NCBI GenBank assembly: GCA_041483895.1 | Contig: JBGPGO010000002.1 | Span: 226,074-290,073, forward strand | Reading direction: 5' to 3' | DNA from: Fimbriimonadia bacterium | Lineage (GTDB): Bacteria > Armatimonadota > Fimbriimonadia > Fimbriimonadales > JABRVX01 | Length of the DNA: 64,000 bases | In this document: positions 29,833-39,849 of the stretch, piece by piece | Numbering within the stretch: position 1 is the stretch's first letter | Layout: the number at the start of each line of letters is the position of its first letter | Program-made: the position numbers and the translations under genes | The notes under the pieces: model-generated | What the model was told of the DNA's origin: nothing | Database searches by the model: none | The model's input: only the letters and a program-made list of their open reading frames with translations

Positions 29833-30864
29833 TCACCGCTCGACGATGGCCACTCCCAGTACCTTCTCGGCGACGAAGACCGCGACCGCTTTGTCGTCCG
29901 TGTCCGTCAAGAGCCAGACGTGGCCCGCGGACGTTTCCTCCTCGCGTGCTTGGCCCGGCTGAACTGTCCCGTAGGCGGTCTTCTTGCCGGCGGCGTCGAG
30001 CCAGTAGATCCTCAGCTCCTTGTCGGTCTCGTTGCGGAATCGAACAGAAGACTTCGAACCACTCGCGGAGCGGAGCGTGCTCTCTTCGGCGGGTGGCCTA
30101 GGAGTCAGCCGTGTGATCTCCTTCCTCATAACCTTGATACGGCCGGAATAGAGGTCGTCCAGAAGTTGGCATGCCTCCGGGTCGTACTTGCGGAGCGCTT
30201 CGCGGCCCGGTTCGGGCGGGGAGGGTATGCGGCCGGTGTCGCTGCTCGTGCCGAAGTACCACATGCTCAGCTCGGCGAGGAACTCTGTCGAGCTGGTGGC
30301 CGCATACGCGGTCGCCCAGAGGCCCTTCTCTATCGACTTGTGGTACTGCTCGTCGATGCGCTTGTGTGCTTCGTCCGTCAGACCGTAGTCGAGTAGCGTG
30401 TGGGCGAACTCGTGAACGCACACGTCCCGGCCGTGATACCGGTCGCCGGGCAGGTGAAGCAGGTTCTCTTCCGCGCACGACGCGTGCAGCCCGGTCAGGC
30501 CGCGGGAACCTTCGTCGACGGTTTGGTTGCCCCGAAACGGTTTGCCTTTCATGTGCCGAAAGTCGGGCAGGTCGGACGTGACCTGATCCTTGCCGATGAT
30601 ATGCAACTCGGCGCCCTCTTGGCTCAGGTTCCAAGTGGCGTCAGGGAGATGGGCGAGCATCATTGCGAGACGCTCCCTCCCGGCCTTGAGCGCCTCGTCC
30701 GCAACGACCGCGTGCGCCTTGATCGCGATGCCCTGGTAGTCCAAGCGCTTCGAGAAGAAGCCTCGCTGAGGTGGGTTGATGCGGGTGACGTCATCCGGCC
30801 CGGTGGCCGCCAACGGCAGACACACCACGCACATCAACATTGCAACCGAAATTCGATAAATCAT
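29833..30864 (-). CDS. Secreted zinc metallopeptidase (ATLF-related) fused to a VHL-beta domain
   Basis: EENLL, DRY, VHEFAH, YA.T...EFLAE, L..YDP; C-terminal FRN...IYWLD..G....YG...PG.....T..GHVW. Confidence 0.78.
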   Translation of the reverse strand: MIYRISVAMLMCVVCLPLAATGPDDVTRINPPQRGFFSKRLDYQGIAIKAHAVVADEALKAGRERLAMMLAHLPDATWNLSQEGAELHIIGKDQVTSDLPDFRHMKGKPFRGNQTVDEGSRGLTGLHASCAEENLLHLPGDRYHGRDVCVHEFAHTLLDYGLTDEAHKRIDEQYHKSIEKGLWATAYAATSSTEFLAELSMWYFGTSSDTGRIPSPPEPGREALRKYDPEACQLLDDLYSGRIKVMRKEITRLTPRPPAEESTLRSASGSKSSVRFRNETDKELRIYWLDAAGKKTAYGTVQPGQAREEETSAGHVWLLTDTDDKAVAVFVAEKVLGVAIVER

Positions 30865-30877
30865 TACGCCTCCATTT

Positions 30878-32614
30878 TTATTGTTTTGGTCCTTGAACAG
30901 ATTGTGAAAGCATCCGCTTGGACCGGGTTGCCGAGTGAAAATAGATCCATGCCGCGATCAAGAGCAGAAGACCTGAGCCGGAGAAGCTGAGCACGATGTA
31001 GTCTTCGCCCAATTGCGGGAGATCGAACAAGAGAAGTTTGGCCGCGGCGAGCGCGAACAGGGCGATCCCGGACCTTCGTACCTTCCTGTTCGCCCGGAGG
31101 GATCCGGTTATTATCAAGGACAGACCCCAGATCGTCCAAACCCCGCTCATGAGTGTTGGTCCAAGCAGGTCGCCATTTTGCAGCCCGCTCGTGGTATCCC
31201 AGACCTCCAGACTGCAGATCGTAAGCCCCAGCAAATTCGCCCCAACCCAGAAATAGGGGGCGACGTGTCTTCCGGGGCTGGGCGAATCCGCCGGCACTCT
31301 TCGAAGGCCGATCGCAAAATAGACGCACATTGCAATCGCGGCGGCGTACGCGACGAGACGATCGTTGAGCCCGGGATGCCATGCGGAAAAAGTATCTAGA
31401 AATGCAACCCGTGCAAACCCGAGAATGGCGATACCGATTGCAGACGACCGAACGCGAGGGCGGTCCGCCCGAACACCCAGCCACAAGGCGACGCTTGCCA
31501 GTATCGCCCAGCCAACGGACGCTGACGCACCGGATAATTGCAGAGGGACGGCCAACGTGAGCAAAGAAAGCCCGAGCGAGTTGGCGGAGAGAGGAAGCGA
31601 CTCAGCCGATCTGTTTCGGCGCCATAGGAACCGTGCAAGTCCGAAGAATGCCAGCGCTAGGATGAGCGTGAACGATCCCAGCCACGGGCGCCATGCGGAT
31701 TGTGAGAAAACGGCGGCCCAAGCACCAAAGAAGTATGCCGCGGCGGCAGTCCAGAGAACGCCCCTGTCGAAGGCCGACACGCGGTCCAACCGCAAACATG
31801 CCATAACGACAAACTGACCAAGCGATAGTGTAAGGAAGCAGAAGATCAGGGCGTTTGGCGCGAGCGGCGATTGGACGAGCCTGTTGATCGGCGGGATGCA
31901 GGCAACGATGGCAAAAACCAATGCCACTGCGGCTAGATTGTGCCAATTCAGCCGAGCCAGAAGCCACAGCGCAGCCGCATTTGCCGCGGCCAGATATATC
32001 AGGGCGAGAATTTCATAACCCGATATCGTGCCCGTGACAATTGCCGTCGCATAGGCGCCCGCGATAGCAATGAGAGGAGTGAGAATCCGGATTCGTCGCA
32101 ATGCCAGCGCCATCGTCGCCACAGTGACGAGAGATGTGGTAATAACGCCGCCATTAGCAGTCAATACGCCGTATCGAAGCCATGCGACATAGAGAGTGAT
32201 GTATGCAAGACCGAGCCCCGCAGCGTTGATCATTTCCCCGATCTGGCCATAGAAGCCTCGGTACGTCTGACCGGCAACCGTCAATAAGATGCCAACCGAG
32301 AAACCGATGGACAGCGCCGTTGGGGCGGAAAGCACGTGGGCCTGGACGGTCCAATGGAGAAAGGTTTGAAGTCCTGCGAACAGGGCTACGACGGAAAAAT
32401 AACCGAGGACGATGGCCGTCAGTTCGGCGTTCTCTTCCCCAGACATCTCGATGTCGGCCTGCTCGATATTCGTCGGCACAATTGGGGATGGACGAATCGC
32501 CGCGCGATCGTACTCTGGTGGCCTGTCAGCGTACAATGCGTTCTCGATTCGCTGAAGGCGTTCCTCGATGCGATCGAGCTGGGCGCGAATATTGATATCG
32601 TCTCTCCCAGGCAT
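30878..32614 (-). CDS. DUF2339 family multi-pass membrane protein
   Basis: Many TM helices; N-terminal coil; C-terminal KLLLFDL...YIVLSF.GSG. Confidence 0.8.
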   Translation of the reverse strand: MPGRDDINIRAQLDRIEERLQRIENALYADRPPEYDRAAIRPSPIVPTNIEQADIEMSGEENAELTAIVLGYFSVVALFAGLQTFLHWTVQAHVLSAPTALSIGFSVGILLTVAGQTYRGFYGQIGEMINAAGLGLAYITLYVAWLRYGVLTANGGVITTSLVTVATMALALRRIRILTPLIAIAGAYATAIVTGTISGYEILALIYLAAANAAALWLLARLNWHNLAAVALVFAIVACIPPINRLVQSPLAPNALIFCFLTLSLGQFVVMACLRLDRVSAFDRGVLWTAAAAYFFGAWAAVFSQSAWRPWLGSFTLILALAFFGLARFLWRRNRSAESLPLSANSLGLSLLTLAVPLQLSGASASVGWAILASVALWLGVRADRPRVRSSAIGIAILGFARVAFLDTFSAWHPGLNDRLVAYAAAIAMCVYFAIGLRRVPADSPSPGRHVAPYFWVGANLLGLTICSLEVWDTTSGLQNGDLLGPTLMSGVWTIWGLSLIITGSLRANRKVRRSGIALFALAAAKLLLFDLPQLGEDYIVLSFSGSGLLLLIAAWIYFHSATRSKRMLSQSVQGPKQ

Positions 32615-32801
32615 ACCTGGTCCACCATCGCGGACGCGATGTTATCGGTGATTATGGTGCTGCCTGACTGTCACCGCAATACGGCTTCCGTCCAGCTAGG
32701 CTCAAATGGCAATCCATGTCATCGAAAATAACGACACAAAGAGCAGCAAATACGGGTTCCATCCAATGAACGAGCCGCTCGGTTCGCGTTTTGAAGAGGA
32801 T

Positions 32802-32877
32802 TGGTACCCCGGACGGGAATCGAACCCGTGATCTTCGCCGTGAAAGGGCGACGTCCTAACCGCTAGACCACCGGGGC
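32802..32877 (-). tRNA. tRNA-Glu (anticodon TTC)
   Basis: GCCCCGGTGGTCTAGCGGTTAGGACGTCGCCCTTTCACGGCGAAGATCACGGGTTCGATTCCCGTCCGGGGTACCA; cloverleaf with encoded CCA. Confidence 0.97.
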
Positions 32878-32956
32878 ACGGTTTTTTGGCAAAGGCATGG
32901 GGCCGGGTTGTCTCCGCGGCCCCGTCAGGCAAATCTTAGCACAAACCAGCTCTATC

Positions 32957-33220
32957 CTAGAAGCACTCCCTCTGGCATACGAGGCGGAACGAATCCCCTT
33001 CCGCCGAGACCTCCACGCGGGCCGGTCCGCTGCAGCGTCGGCAGGTGACTTCGTCCGTTCGCAGCAGGATGAAATTGCTTCGCATATCCTGGGAAATGTA
33101 AATATCGTGCAAGACCCACCCGTTACCGAGCAATTCATTCACGGCATGCGGCGAGCGCACTTCCACCACCGCCTTGACGCTATGTAGGTCAAACTCCAGG
33201 TCGACTTCGTGTTCCATCAT
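32957..33220 (-). CDS. Small hypothetical protein with C-terminal Cys4 zinc ribbon
   Basis: CRRC...CQREC; N-terminal VNELLGNGWVL. Confidence 0.65.
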   Translation of the reverse strand: MMEHEVDLEFDLHSVKAVVEVRSPHAVNELLGNGWVLHDIYISQDMRSNFILLRTDEVTCRRCSGPARVEVSAEGDSFRLVCQRECF

Positions 33221-33299
33221 CCCACACACCCCCTACCGCCAAATACTGTACCCCACCGCCAAACGTTTGCAACAGGCGGTGGGGCAATGGTTCCCGGTC

Positions 33300-34742
33300 T
33301 TATTTCTGGGGTGTGTCCGGCTCGGTCTTCGGTTCTTGAGTGGCCGGCGGATCGCTGCTCTTCTTGGGTTCAACCTTCTTCTTCTGGAAGGTCCGGGCCC
33401 CCGCGAAACGGCTCTTGTAATGGCCGGATTCGTAGGAATCGACCCTGACCTTGCCCTTTCCGCTGGAGGCGTGAATGAACTTCCCGTTGCCAATCGCGAT
33501 GCCGGCATGACCGACGCGCGACCCGCCCCGCGAAGATTTGAAGAACACCAGGTCGCCCGGCTTGATATCGCTCATTCCCACCCTGGCGCCCTTTCTCGAC
33601 TGCGCGGCGGCGTTGTGCGGCAGGCTGATGCCCTGCTTCTTATAGACGTACATGGTAAAGCCGGAACAATCGAACGCGCTGGGAGATGAAGAGCCGTATC
33701 GATAGTGGACGCCACGGAACTTCGCCGCGGTATCTACGACTTCATTCCCACCGGTGTCGAGGGCCGCATAGGCTTCGCCGTCATCGGAGCCGCTTGCGTG
33801 GGAGCGGTATCGGCGATGATAGGCGTATCGCATCGTTCGATGCGCCTGTGCATATCTCGGCCGCGCGGGGGCAGCCCAGGCCGGCGCATCGCTGTGCGCC
33901 AGGAGATTGCCTTTCACCCAGCCTGTTGTGCCGTGCTGGAAGCGCAGACAGTACCATATCCCGTTCTTGCCGATGACTCGGCCGCGGGTGTACTTATCGA
34001 CCAATCCGATTCGACTGGCCGTCGTCGCGGGCTTCGAACGGATCCCGACACGGTCGGCGTTCATCATCGCCCACGTGCCTCCTATCGAGGCCGTATCCAA
34101 CTCTGGAACCAGTTCCGCCACCTCTAGCAAACCCGTTTTCGGGAGCCGATGGCCGGACTGAATGACGTTCAGCACATCTCCGGGCTTGAGCCGCGAAAAT
34201 TCGACGTTCGCATTGAGAGTGTGCAGGTCTTGGACGGTGATCGCCAGTCGATTGGCGATGCCCCAATCGGTGTCCCCCTGCTTCACGGTATACGAACCTG
34301 AAGGCACACTCGCGAATTCAACTTTAACCGGGGGCTTCAATTCGGCCAGCCACAACAACGGTTCGCCGGATGGCGCCTCGTTGCCGGGTAGCCGGATCGA
34401 CTGCCCGATTTGCAGCTTGGACCAATTGACCGATGGATTGGCCTTGCGAAGCTCGGAGGCATTGATGCCGTGCGCTTTTGCAATCGTCCGATCGTTGTCG
34501 CCATTGCGAACGAGGTGCCCGCGACTGGTCTTGGATTGTGGAATTCGTAAGGTAGACCCGAGTTTGAGCCGGGTCTCGGAAGTGATGCCGTTGGCGATCG
34601 CGATGGAGTGCACTTTGACCCCATAGCGGCTTCCGATTGCCGAAAGCGTATCGCCCTGTTTGATTGTATAACTAACGTCCGCTGCCGCACAGTGTAAAAG
34701 CACAAAAGTCACACTGGCAACAAAAAAGAGCCGATGAGCCAT
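33300..34742 (-). CDS. LysM x3 - SH3b - NlpC/P60 peptidoglycan endopeptidase
   Basis: YTIKQGDTL-type LysM repeats; GWV SH3 motif; FDCSGF, GHAGI, FIHASS. Confidence 0.92.
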   Translation of the reverse strand: MAHRLFFVASVTFVLLHCAAADVSYTIKQGDTLSAIGSRYGVKVHSIAIANGITSETRLKLGSTLRIPQSKTSRGHLVRNGDNDRTIAKAHGINASELRKANPSVNWSKLQIGQSIRLPGNEAPSGEPLLWLAELKPPVKVEFASVPSGSYTVKQGDTDWGIANRLAITVQDLHTLNANVEFSRLKPGDVLNVIQSGHRLPKTGLLEVAELVPELDTASIGGTWAMMNADRVGIRSKPATTASRIGLVDKYTRGRVIGKNGIWYCLRFQHGTTGWVKGNLLAHSDAPAWAAPARPRYAQAHRTMRYAYHRRYRSHASGSDDGEAYAALDTGGNEVVDTAAKFRGVHYRYGSSSPSAFDCSGFTMYVYKKQGISLPHNAAAQSRKGARVGMSDIKPGDLVFFKSSRGGSRVGHAGIAIGNGKFIHASSGKGKVRVDSYESGHYKSRFAGARTFQKKKVEPKKSSDPPATQEPKTEPDTPQK

Positions 34743-34827
34743 CGGGCCCCCCTTTCGTGGCCAAGCCTACTTTTAGGTCTATCCTCGTAGATCCGACAGG
34801 TATCTTACCATTTTGGGTTTTGATGAG

Positions 34828-35847
34828 TCAACCCCTAGAAGGGGGCAGGCGGAGCTTACGGAGGGTGTGGATACGTTCAATTGTAAGATCGATCAAACGG
34901 GAAACATTTAAATCATTTTTGTGGATTGGCCAGCTCTTCATGGCCTCCAATTTGTAACGAATTAGCTCTTTCGTGACTTCGATTTCGTGTTCGTCCAGCG
35001 GGATCTCCGCGGCATTGCGCGCCAGGTCATTCATGTCTGAAATCGTCTTTATTTGGATGCCGGGGAGGGAGTTGAGTTCATGGATCGACGTACCGAGGTT
35101 GCGGAGAGCGCTTCTGTATTCTGAATCTGTCCGGAGCCTTGCCGGCTGCCATTCGTCTTTCGGAATCGTTGCGCCGTTGGCAAAATTGACGCCGTCCCAG
35201 AACTGTTCGCAACGAAGCATGACAGGATGGCAAGTGAACACCTCCGTCCACTGTGCGCCTTCCTGATTTCGCCGCAATAATTCGTGCTTCAAATTGTCCA
35301 AATTGGCGCGCCATTCCTCATCTTTGTGTAGGGACTGGTCGCCCAAATACAGTCCGCCGCCGTAGGCAATGACGCCGTTGAACATGTGAAGATCGTCGCC
35401 GGGAGGAGCGGTGTGGGCGTAGACGTAGGCAGGGATATCCAGCCGCTGAATGGCCGCGGCGACCTGTGGACCCCAGGTGTTTCCGGCCCCGCCCCAGCAG
35501 GATGGCTGGACGCCGAATACCTCTCGGATTGCCTGGACGCCGGGAGCTTCTGTTCTTACAAGGGCCTCCACTCCTTCTTCCCAATCCAGGTTCTCGAGCA
35601 GCTCGCATGTGGTTGGATGGAAAGAATGGGTGTTCGTGTGCAGGCCGATATCGTGGCGCTTGATTGCCTCTATGACGTCGGTGCGGCCTCGCTCTCGGAA
35701 CAGCCGGGCATTTTCTCCCACGACGCACATCGTTGCCCGCGCCCCGGCGTCGGCGATGACATTCGCCACGTCCCGGGCGGCGTCGTCGGCCTCCAGAGTT
35801 ATCGGGTCTTCAACGTCGATGAGCAGGGAAATGTACATCGGTCTCAT
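34828..35847 (-). CDS. Polysaccharide deacetylase-like (NodB-fold) protein
   Basis: DVED, HDIGLHTNTHSFHP, TCHP. Confidence 0.65.
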   Translation of the reverse strand: MRPMYISLLIDVEDPITLEADDAARDVANVIADAGARATMCVVGENARLFRERGRTDVIEAIKRHDIGLHTNTHSFHPTTCELLENLDWEEGVEALVRTEAPGVQAIREVFGVQPSCWGGAGNTWGPQVAAAIQRLDIPAYVYAHTAPPGDDLHMFNGVIAYGGGLYLGDQSLHKDEEWRANLDNLKHELLRRNQEGAQWTEVFTCHPVMLRCEQFWDGVNFANGATIPKDEWQPARLRTDSEYRSALRNLGTSIHELNSLPGIQIKTISDMNDLARNAAEIPLDEHEIEVTKELIRYKLEAMKSWPIHKNDLNVSRLIDLTIERIHTLRKLRLPPSRG

Positions 35848-36002
35848 TATGCAACATTCCATAAATTCTCGGCAATCGCCGAGAATTTGGCCGATTTGCC
35901 GCTGATATTGTCCTGAATGGACACAAATCATGGTGATTGCCTAGTATTCGGTGGAAATATGTGATATCCTATCACTCATCAAAGAAAATCACGGCGATAA
36001 CC

Positions 36003-36248
36003 ATGATTAGGAACGTAGAACCATCAGTGCGCGAGCTCGGCCAATTCGTCCGGTCATATCGCAAAGCCAATCGCATTACCCAGCGGCAGTTGGCGCTGCT
36101 TGCCGGCACCAGCGAAGAGTTTGTCGTCAATCTGGAGCGCGGCAAACCGACACTGCGTTTCGACAAGCTGCTCAGCGTTTTGGATATTCTCGGCCTCCAG
36201 TTGGTTATCCAACCGGGCAAGGGTGATCTAATCGTGGCGGCACGATGA
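36003..36248 (+). CDS. hipB: HipB-like XRE/Y4mF antitoxin
   Basis: TQRQLALLAGT...LERGKPT...KL..VL..LGL; ATGA overlap with hipA. Confidence 0.85.
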   Translation: MIRNVEPSVRELGQFVRSYRKANRITQRQLALLAGTSEEFVVNLERGKPTLRFDKLLSVLDILGLQLVIQPGKGDLIVAAR

Positions 36249-37480
36249 GACATGCAACCAATGTCGAGACCGCGGATGTTTTTCGCGATGACGAGAAGGT
36301 CGGCCGCCTGGCTCGAACGGCGCATGGCGCGATTTTTCAATACGATTTGGAGTTTCTTCAAGGTCGCGAAGGATCGGAACTCGGCATTGCCTTCCATCTG
36401 CCTTTTAGAAAGCAACCCTTCGAGATCCACGGAGTGAATCTGCACCCGTTCTTTGCAGGCCTGCTGCCAGAGGGACTGCGGCTTCAAAGCGTGCTCCAAC
36501 GAATCAAAACATCGCCGGACGATCTCTTTTCAATTTTGGTGTCAGTTGGCGCTGACTGTGTCGGAGACGTTTGGATCGTTCCAGAAGGAGAGCAGCGGGA
36601 GGTCATACAACCCATTATCGATCTCTCCAAAACTGGCGAACTGGACTTCTACGAACTGTATCAGCGGTCTATCGATCCAGCGAGTGATATCTGGGATGCC
36701 AGCATTCCTGGAGTCCAAGAAAAGATATCCGGCAGATTGATCTCGTTTCCGATCCGCTCTCGAATTCCAAATGCAGCGTTTATTCTCAAACTCAATCCGC
36801 CTGATCGTCCCAATCTGGTAGCGAATGAGCAGGTGGTGTTACGAATTGCCAGTGATTGCGGACTCGTGATTAACCGGGCGGAAGTGATACGCGACGCCCT
36901 CGGCAATGAGGGACTCCTAGTTACTCGATTTGATAGGATACGAGTGAGAAGCAGCAGCAGGGTCCGTCGAATTCACCAGGAGGATGGATGCCAAATTCTT
37001 GATCGTTATCCTGCCGATAAGTATCGAATTCGAGCCCAGGATATTGCGGAAGGAATTATCGAGTATGCAAGCGCACCTGTCATTCAGATTCTGCGATTCA
37101 TTGAAATGTACGTTTTCAGCTACCTAATTGGCAACGCGGACATGCATGCAAAAAATGTCAGTTTATATCAATCGCCGCCAACGAATCTGATCGAATTGAC
37201 CCCGGCGTATGATCTTGTATGCACACTTATCTACAAAGGCATCGATCCGTCCATGGCGATGCGGTTGGATGGCCGCGACGACAGTTTTCATCGAAAGGAC
37301 TTCGTGCGATTCGGCGAACGGTATGGATTGCGGGAAAAGGTCACGAATGCTGCCATCAACAACTTGTGCGATCGATTCCGCCCCTGGCTCGATCGAATCG
37401 ATCAACTTCCTGTCGAAGGGAAGCGGCTCGATCATATATCTTCCGTGCTCCGGCGGCGATTTGCAGATCTTATCGGCTGA
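36245..37480 (+). CDS. hipA: HipA family kinase toxin (with N-terminal couple_hipA domain)
   Basis: PFFAGLLPEG, SIPGVQEK, NE, RFDR, HQEDGCQ, GNADMHAKN, PAYD. Confidence 0.93.
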   Translation: MRHATNVETADVFRDDEKVGRLARTAHGAIFQYDLEFLQGREGSELGIAFHLPFRKQPFEIHGVNLHPFFAGLLPEGLRLQSVLQRIKTSPDDLFSILVSVGADCVGDVWIVPEGEQREVIQPIIDLSKTGELDFYELYQRSIDPASDIWDASIPGVQEKISGRLISFPIRSRIPNAAFILKLNPPDRPNLVANEQVVLRIASDCGLVINRAEVIRDALGNEGLLVTRFDRIRVRSSSRVRRIHQEDGCQILDRYPADKYRIRAQDIAEGIIEYASAPVIQILRFIEMYVFSYLIGNADMHAKNVSLYQSPPTNLIELTPAYDLVCTLIYKGIDPSMAMRLDGRDDSFHRKDFVRFGERYGLREKVTNAAINNLCDRFRPWLDRIDQLPVEGKRLDHISSVLRRRFADLIG

Positions 37481-39491
37481 AGTGATCCTTCCACCAGTCC
37501 ACGATCTGTCCGAGGCGGTGCATGCGCAGATCCGGCGGTCCCATGCGTGAGAGGCCGTGCGTGGTGGACTGCGGATAGCGCACGAATTTGGTCTCCACTC
37601 CGAGCCGTTTGAACGCTGCGAAGAGCTGCTCTCCTTGCTCGATTGGACAGCGCAAATCCCCTTCGGAATGGATGATGAGCGTCGGCGTCTTGCAATTCTT
37701 GATGTACTTCAGCGGGCTTTGCCGCCACAGATCATCAATTTCGTCCCAGGGGTTGCCCTTCCACTCGGTATCGGGTACGAACGGGAAGTCGCATGTACCA
37801 GCCATGGATAGTAGACTCACTACGCTTCGATCCGTGATGGCAGCTTTGAATAGATTCGTGTGCCCAACGATCCAGTTTGTCATATATCCGCCATAGCTGC
37901 CACCCATCACACCCATTTTGGCGCCGTCCACGAATGGCAGCGACTTGGCGTGTTCTGCGACCGCCATGAAGTCTACATAGTCGGTATTGCCCCAATCGCC
38001 GGTGATAGCGTTGCAGTGCGCTTCTCCATATCCCTTCGATCCGCGTGGATTGCTGAAAACTACCACATATCCTTGCGCCGCAAGCAACTGGAACTCGTGG
38101 AAAAATGTGTTGCCATATTGCGCGTGTGGACCGCCGTGGATTTGTACAATGCATGGGTACTTTTTCCCATCTTGGAACCCGGCCGGTTTCATAAGCCAAG
38201 CGTGCACCTTCTTGCCAGGTTCACTCTCTACCGAAAACGCCTGAGGTCTCGATATCTCAAGTTCATCGAACAATGGTTTATTGAATTGGGTGATGGGTCG
38301 AGTTTCAATGCTATCAATACCAACCGTTCCACATGCAATCTCGGCAAACATGGCCCCATTGGAAACTACCAGGCCCACCGTTTTGCGCTCGGCGTCGAAT
38401 CCCCCCATCTCGACCAGCCCGTCCACTGTCGTCAACCAGGTCACCTCGCCGCCTGTTGCCGGCAATGAGGCGATTTGGACCGTTCCTTCCGTTCCAACAC
38501 CAAAAAAGATGCGCGAGGAATCCTTGCTCCATTCGATGGACGCGGAGTAGCTTGCTTCCTTCGAATCACTGAGCGCGCTGACACCCAAAGAGAAATCGTG
38601 CTTCAATTCCTCGAAAAGATCCTGGCAACCGCCGCCGTCGGAATTTGTCACATATAGCCTGTAGTTCCGGCCGCCCCACCAATCTTCCACGTGAGGATGG
38701 CCGGCGTAGGCGATTTTCTTCCCGTCGGGGGACCATACAGTTGTGCCCTTTGGACCATCCGGCAGCCCCTCGATCTTCCGTTCGGCGCCGGTCTCGGTGT
38801 TCAGAACAATTAAATCCTCCAGTTGCGGTGTGTCAAACGGCTGCGGGCTGCGGTTGACAACATACACAATATGTTTGCTATCCGGAGACCAATCGAAATC
38901 GGTCGCACCGTACCGCTCATTGGTAATCTCCTTCATTTCACCGGTTGCCACATCGATCGTTTGCAATTGATTGTACTGGGTGTTAAAGTACCCATCGCCA
39001 TCCAACCGATACCAAATCTCGGTGACGATGAGCGGCGGAGTCGACAACCCCTTTTCCTCGCGCTCCTTCTTTGCCTTGTCGGTCCAGTCCTCGTGATTGG
39101 ATCGGAACGCAAAACAGATCTTCTTGGAATCCGGGGACCATTTGAAACCGGAGACGGCGCCCTCTGCCAAGTCGGTCAGCTTTCGCGCTTCCCCGCCGGC
39201 GGTTGGGATGATGTAAATCTGGGACTTTGGCTTGTCCCGTCCGCTGGTGAAGGCGATGTACTTGCCGTCCGGCGACCAGCGCGACCCGCCCTCATTGAAT
39301 TCGCTGAAGGTGAATTGCTCGCACGAGCCGGTTTTTGTGTCGGCCATCCACAGGTGGGTCTCGTACTTGTTCTTTTCGGCGTTGATCGTCTTTTTTGTAA
39401 AGCAGATTCGGCTGCCGTCCGGGGATGGCTGGGGGTCTCCGACAAATTGGAATTTGAGAAGGTCTTCGGCGGTAATCGGTCGCTTTGGCAT
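37470..39491 (-). CDS. S9 family (acylaminoacyl/prolyl oligo-) peptidase
   Basis: WSPD propeller repeats; HGGP, NPRGS, GGSYGG, DLRCP, H triad residues. Confidence 0.93.
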   Translation of the reverse strand: MPKRPITAEDLLKFQFVGDPQPSPDGSRICFTKKTINAEKNKYETHLWMADTKTGSCEQFTFSEFNEGGSRWSPDGKYIAFTSGRDKPKSQIYIIPTAGGEARKLTDLAEGAVSGFKWSPDSKKICFAFRSNHEDWTDKAKKEREEKGLSTPPLIVTEIWYRLDGDGYFNTQYNQLQTIDVATGEMKEITNERYGATDFDWSPDSKHIVYVVNRSPQPFDTPQLEDLIVLNTETGAERKIEGLPDGPKGTTVWSPDGKKIAYAGHPHVEDWWGGRNYRLYVTNSDGGGCQDLFEELKHDFSLGVSALSDSKEASYSASIEWSKDSSRIFFGVGTEGTVQIASLPATGGEVTWLTTVDGLVEMGGFDAERKTVGLVVSNGAMFAEIACGTVGIDSIETRPITQFNKPLFDELEISRPQAFSVESEPGKKVHAWLMKPAGFQDGKKYPCIVQIHGGPHAQYGNTFFHEFQLLAAQGYVVVFSNPRGSKGYGEAHCNAITGDWGNTDYVDFMAVAEHAKSLPFVDGAKMGVMGGSYGGYMTNWIVGHTNLFKAAITDRSVVSLLSMAGTCDFPFVPDTEWKGNPWDEIDDLWRQSPLKYIKNCKTPTLIIHSEGDLRCPIEQGEQLFAAFKRLGVETKFVRYPQSTTHGLSRMGPPDLRMHRLGQIVDWWKDHFSR

Positions 39492-39606
39492 GGTCACTCC
39501 GTTTTTTGAGGGAATGGCTCATTCTATCTCGCCAATGATGCGATTCGCAACAATTATGGGCCATTCTGCCCGTCTTCGGCGTGCAGAAAGATGATACAAT
39601 ATCAGT

Positions 39607-39849
39607 ATGAACGAGTGGAAGGACCGGATCATTCGTAATCCAGAGGTGATGGTTGGCAAGCCGATCGTCAAAGGAACACGCATTACTGTCGAATTCATCC
39701 TTGACAGGCTGTCAGCGGAAGGGAGCATGGAGAAAGTCCTCTCTGACTATCCGCATTTGACCCGGGAGGATATTTTGGCTGCGCTGGCCTATGCGAGGGA
39801 TGCTCTCTCAACGGATGAAGTCATTTTGGCTCCCGCCTCCGGCCAATGA
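39607..39849 (+). CDS. DUF433 antitoxin-like protein
   Basis: GKPIVKGTRITV, YPHLTREDI.AAL.YA. Confidence 0.92.
   Translation: MNEWKDRIIRNPEVMVGKPIVKGTRITVEFILDRLSAEGSMEKVLSDYPHLTREDILAALAYARDALSTDEVILAPASGQ

Noticed and set aside
24400..32800. Prophage/ICE integrated at tRNA-Glu
   Set aside because: No integrase, phage or conjugation genes, and no duplicated tRNA 3' end found by eye
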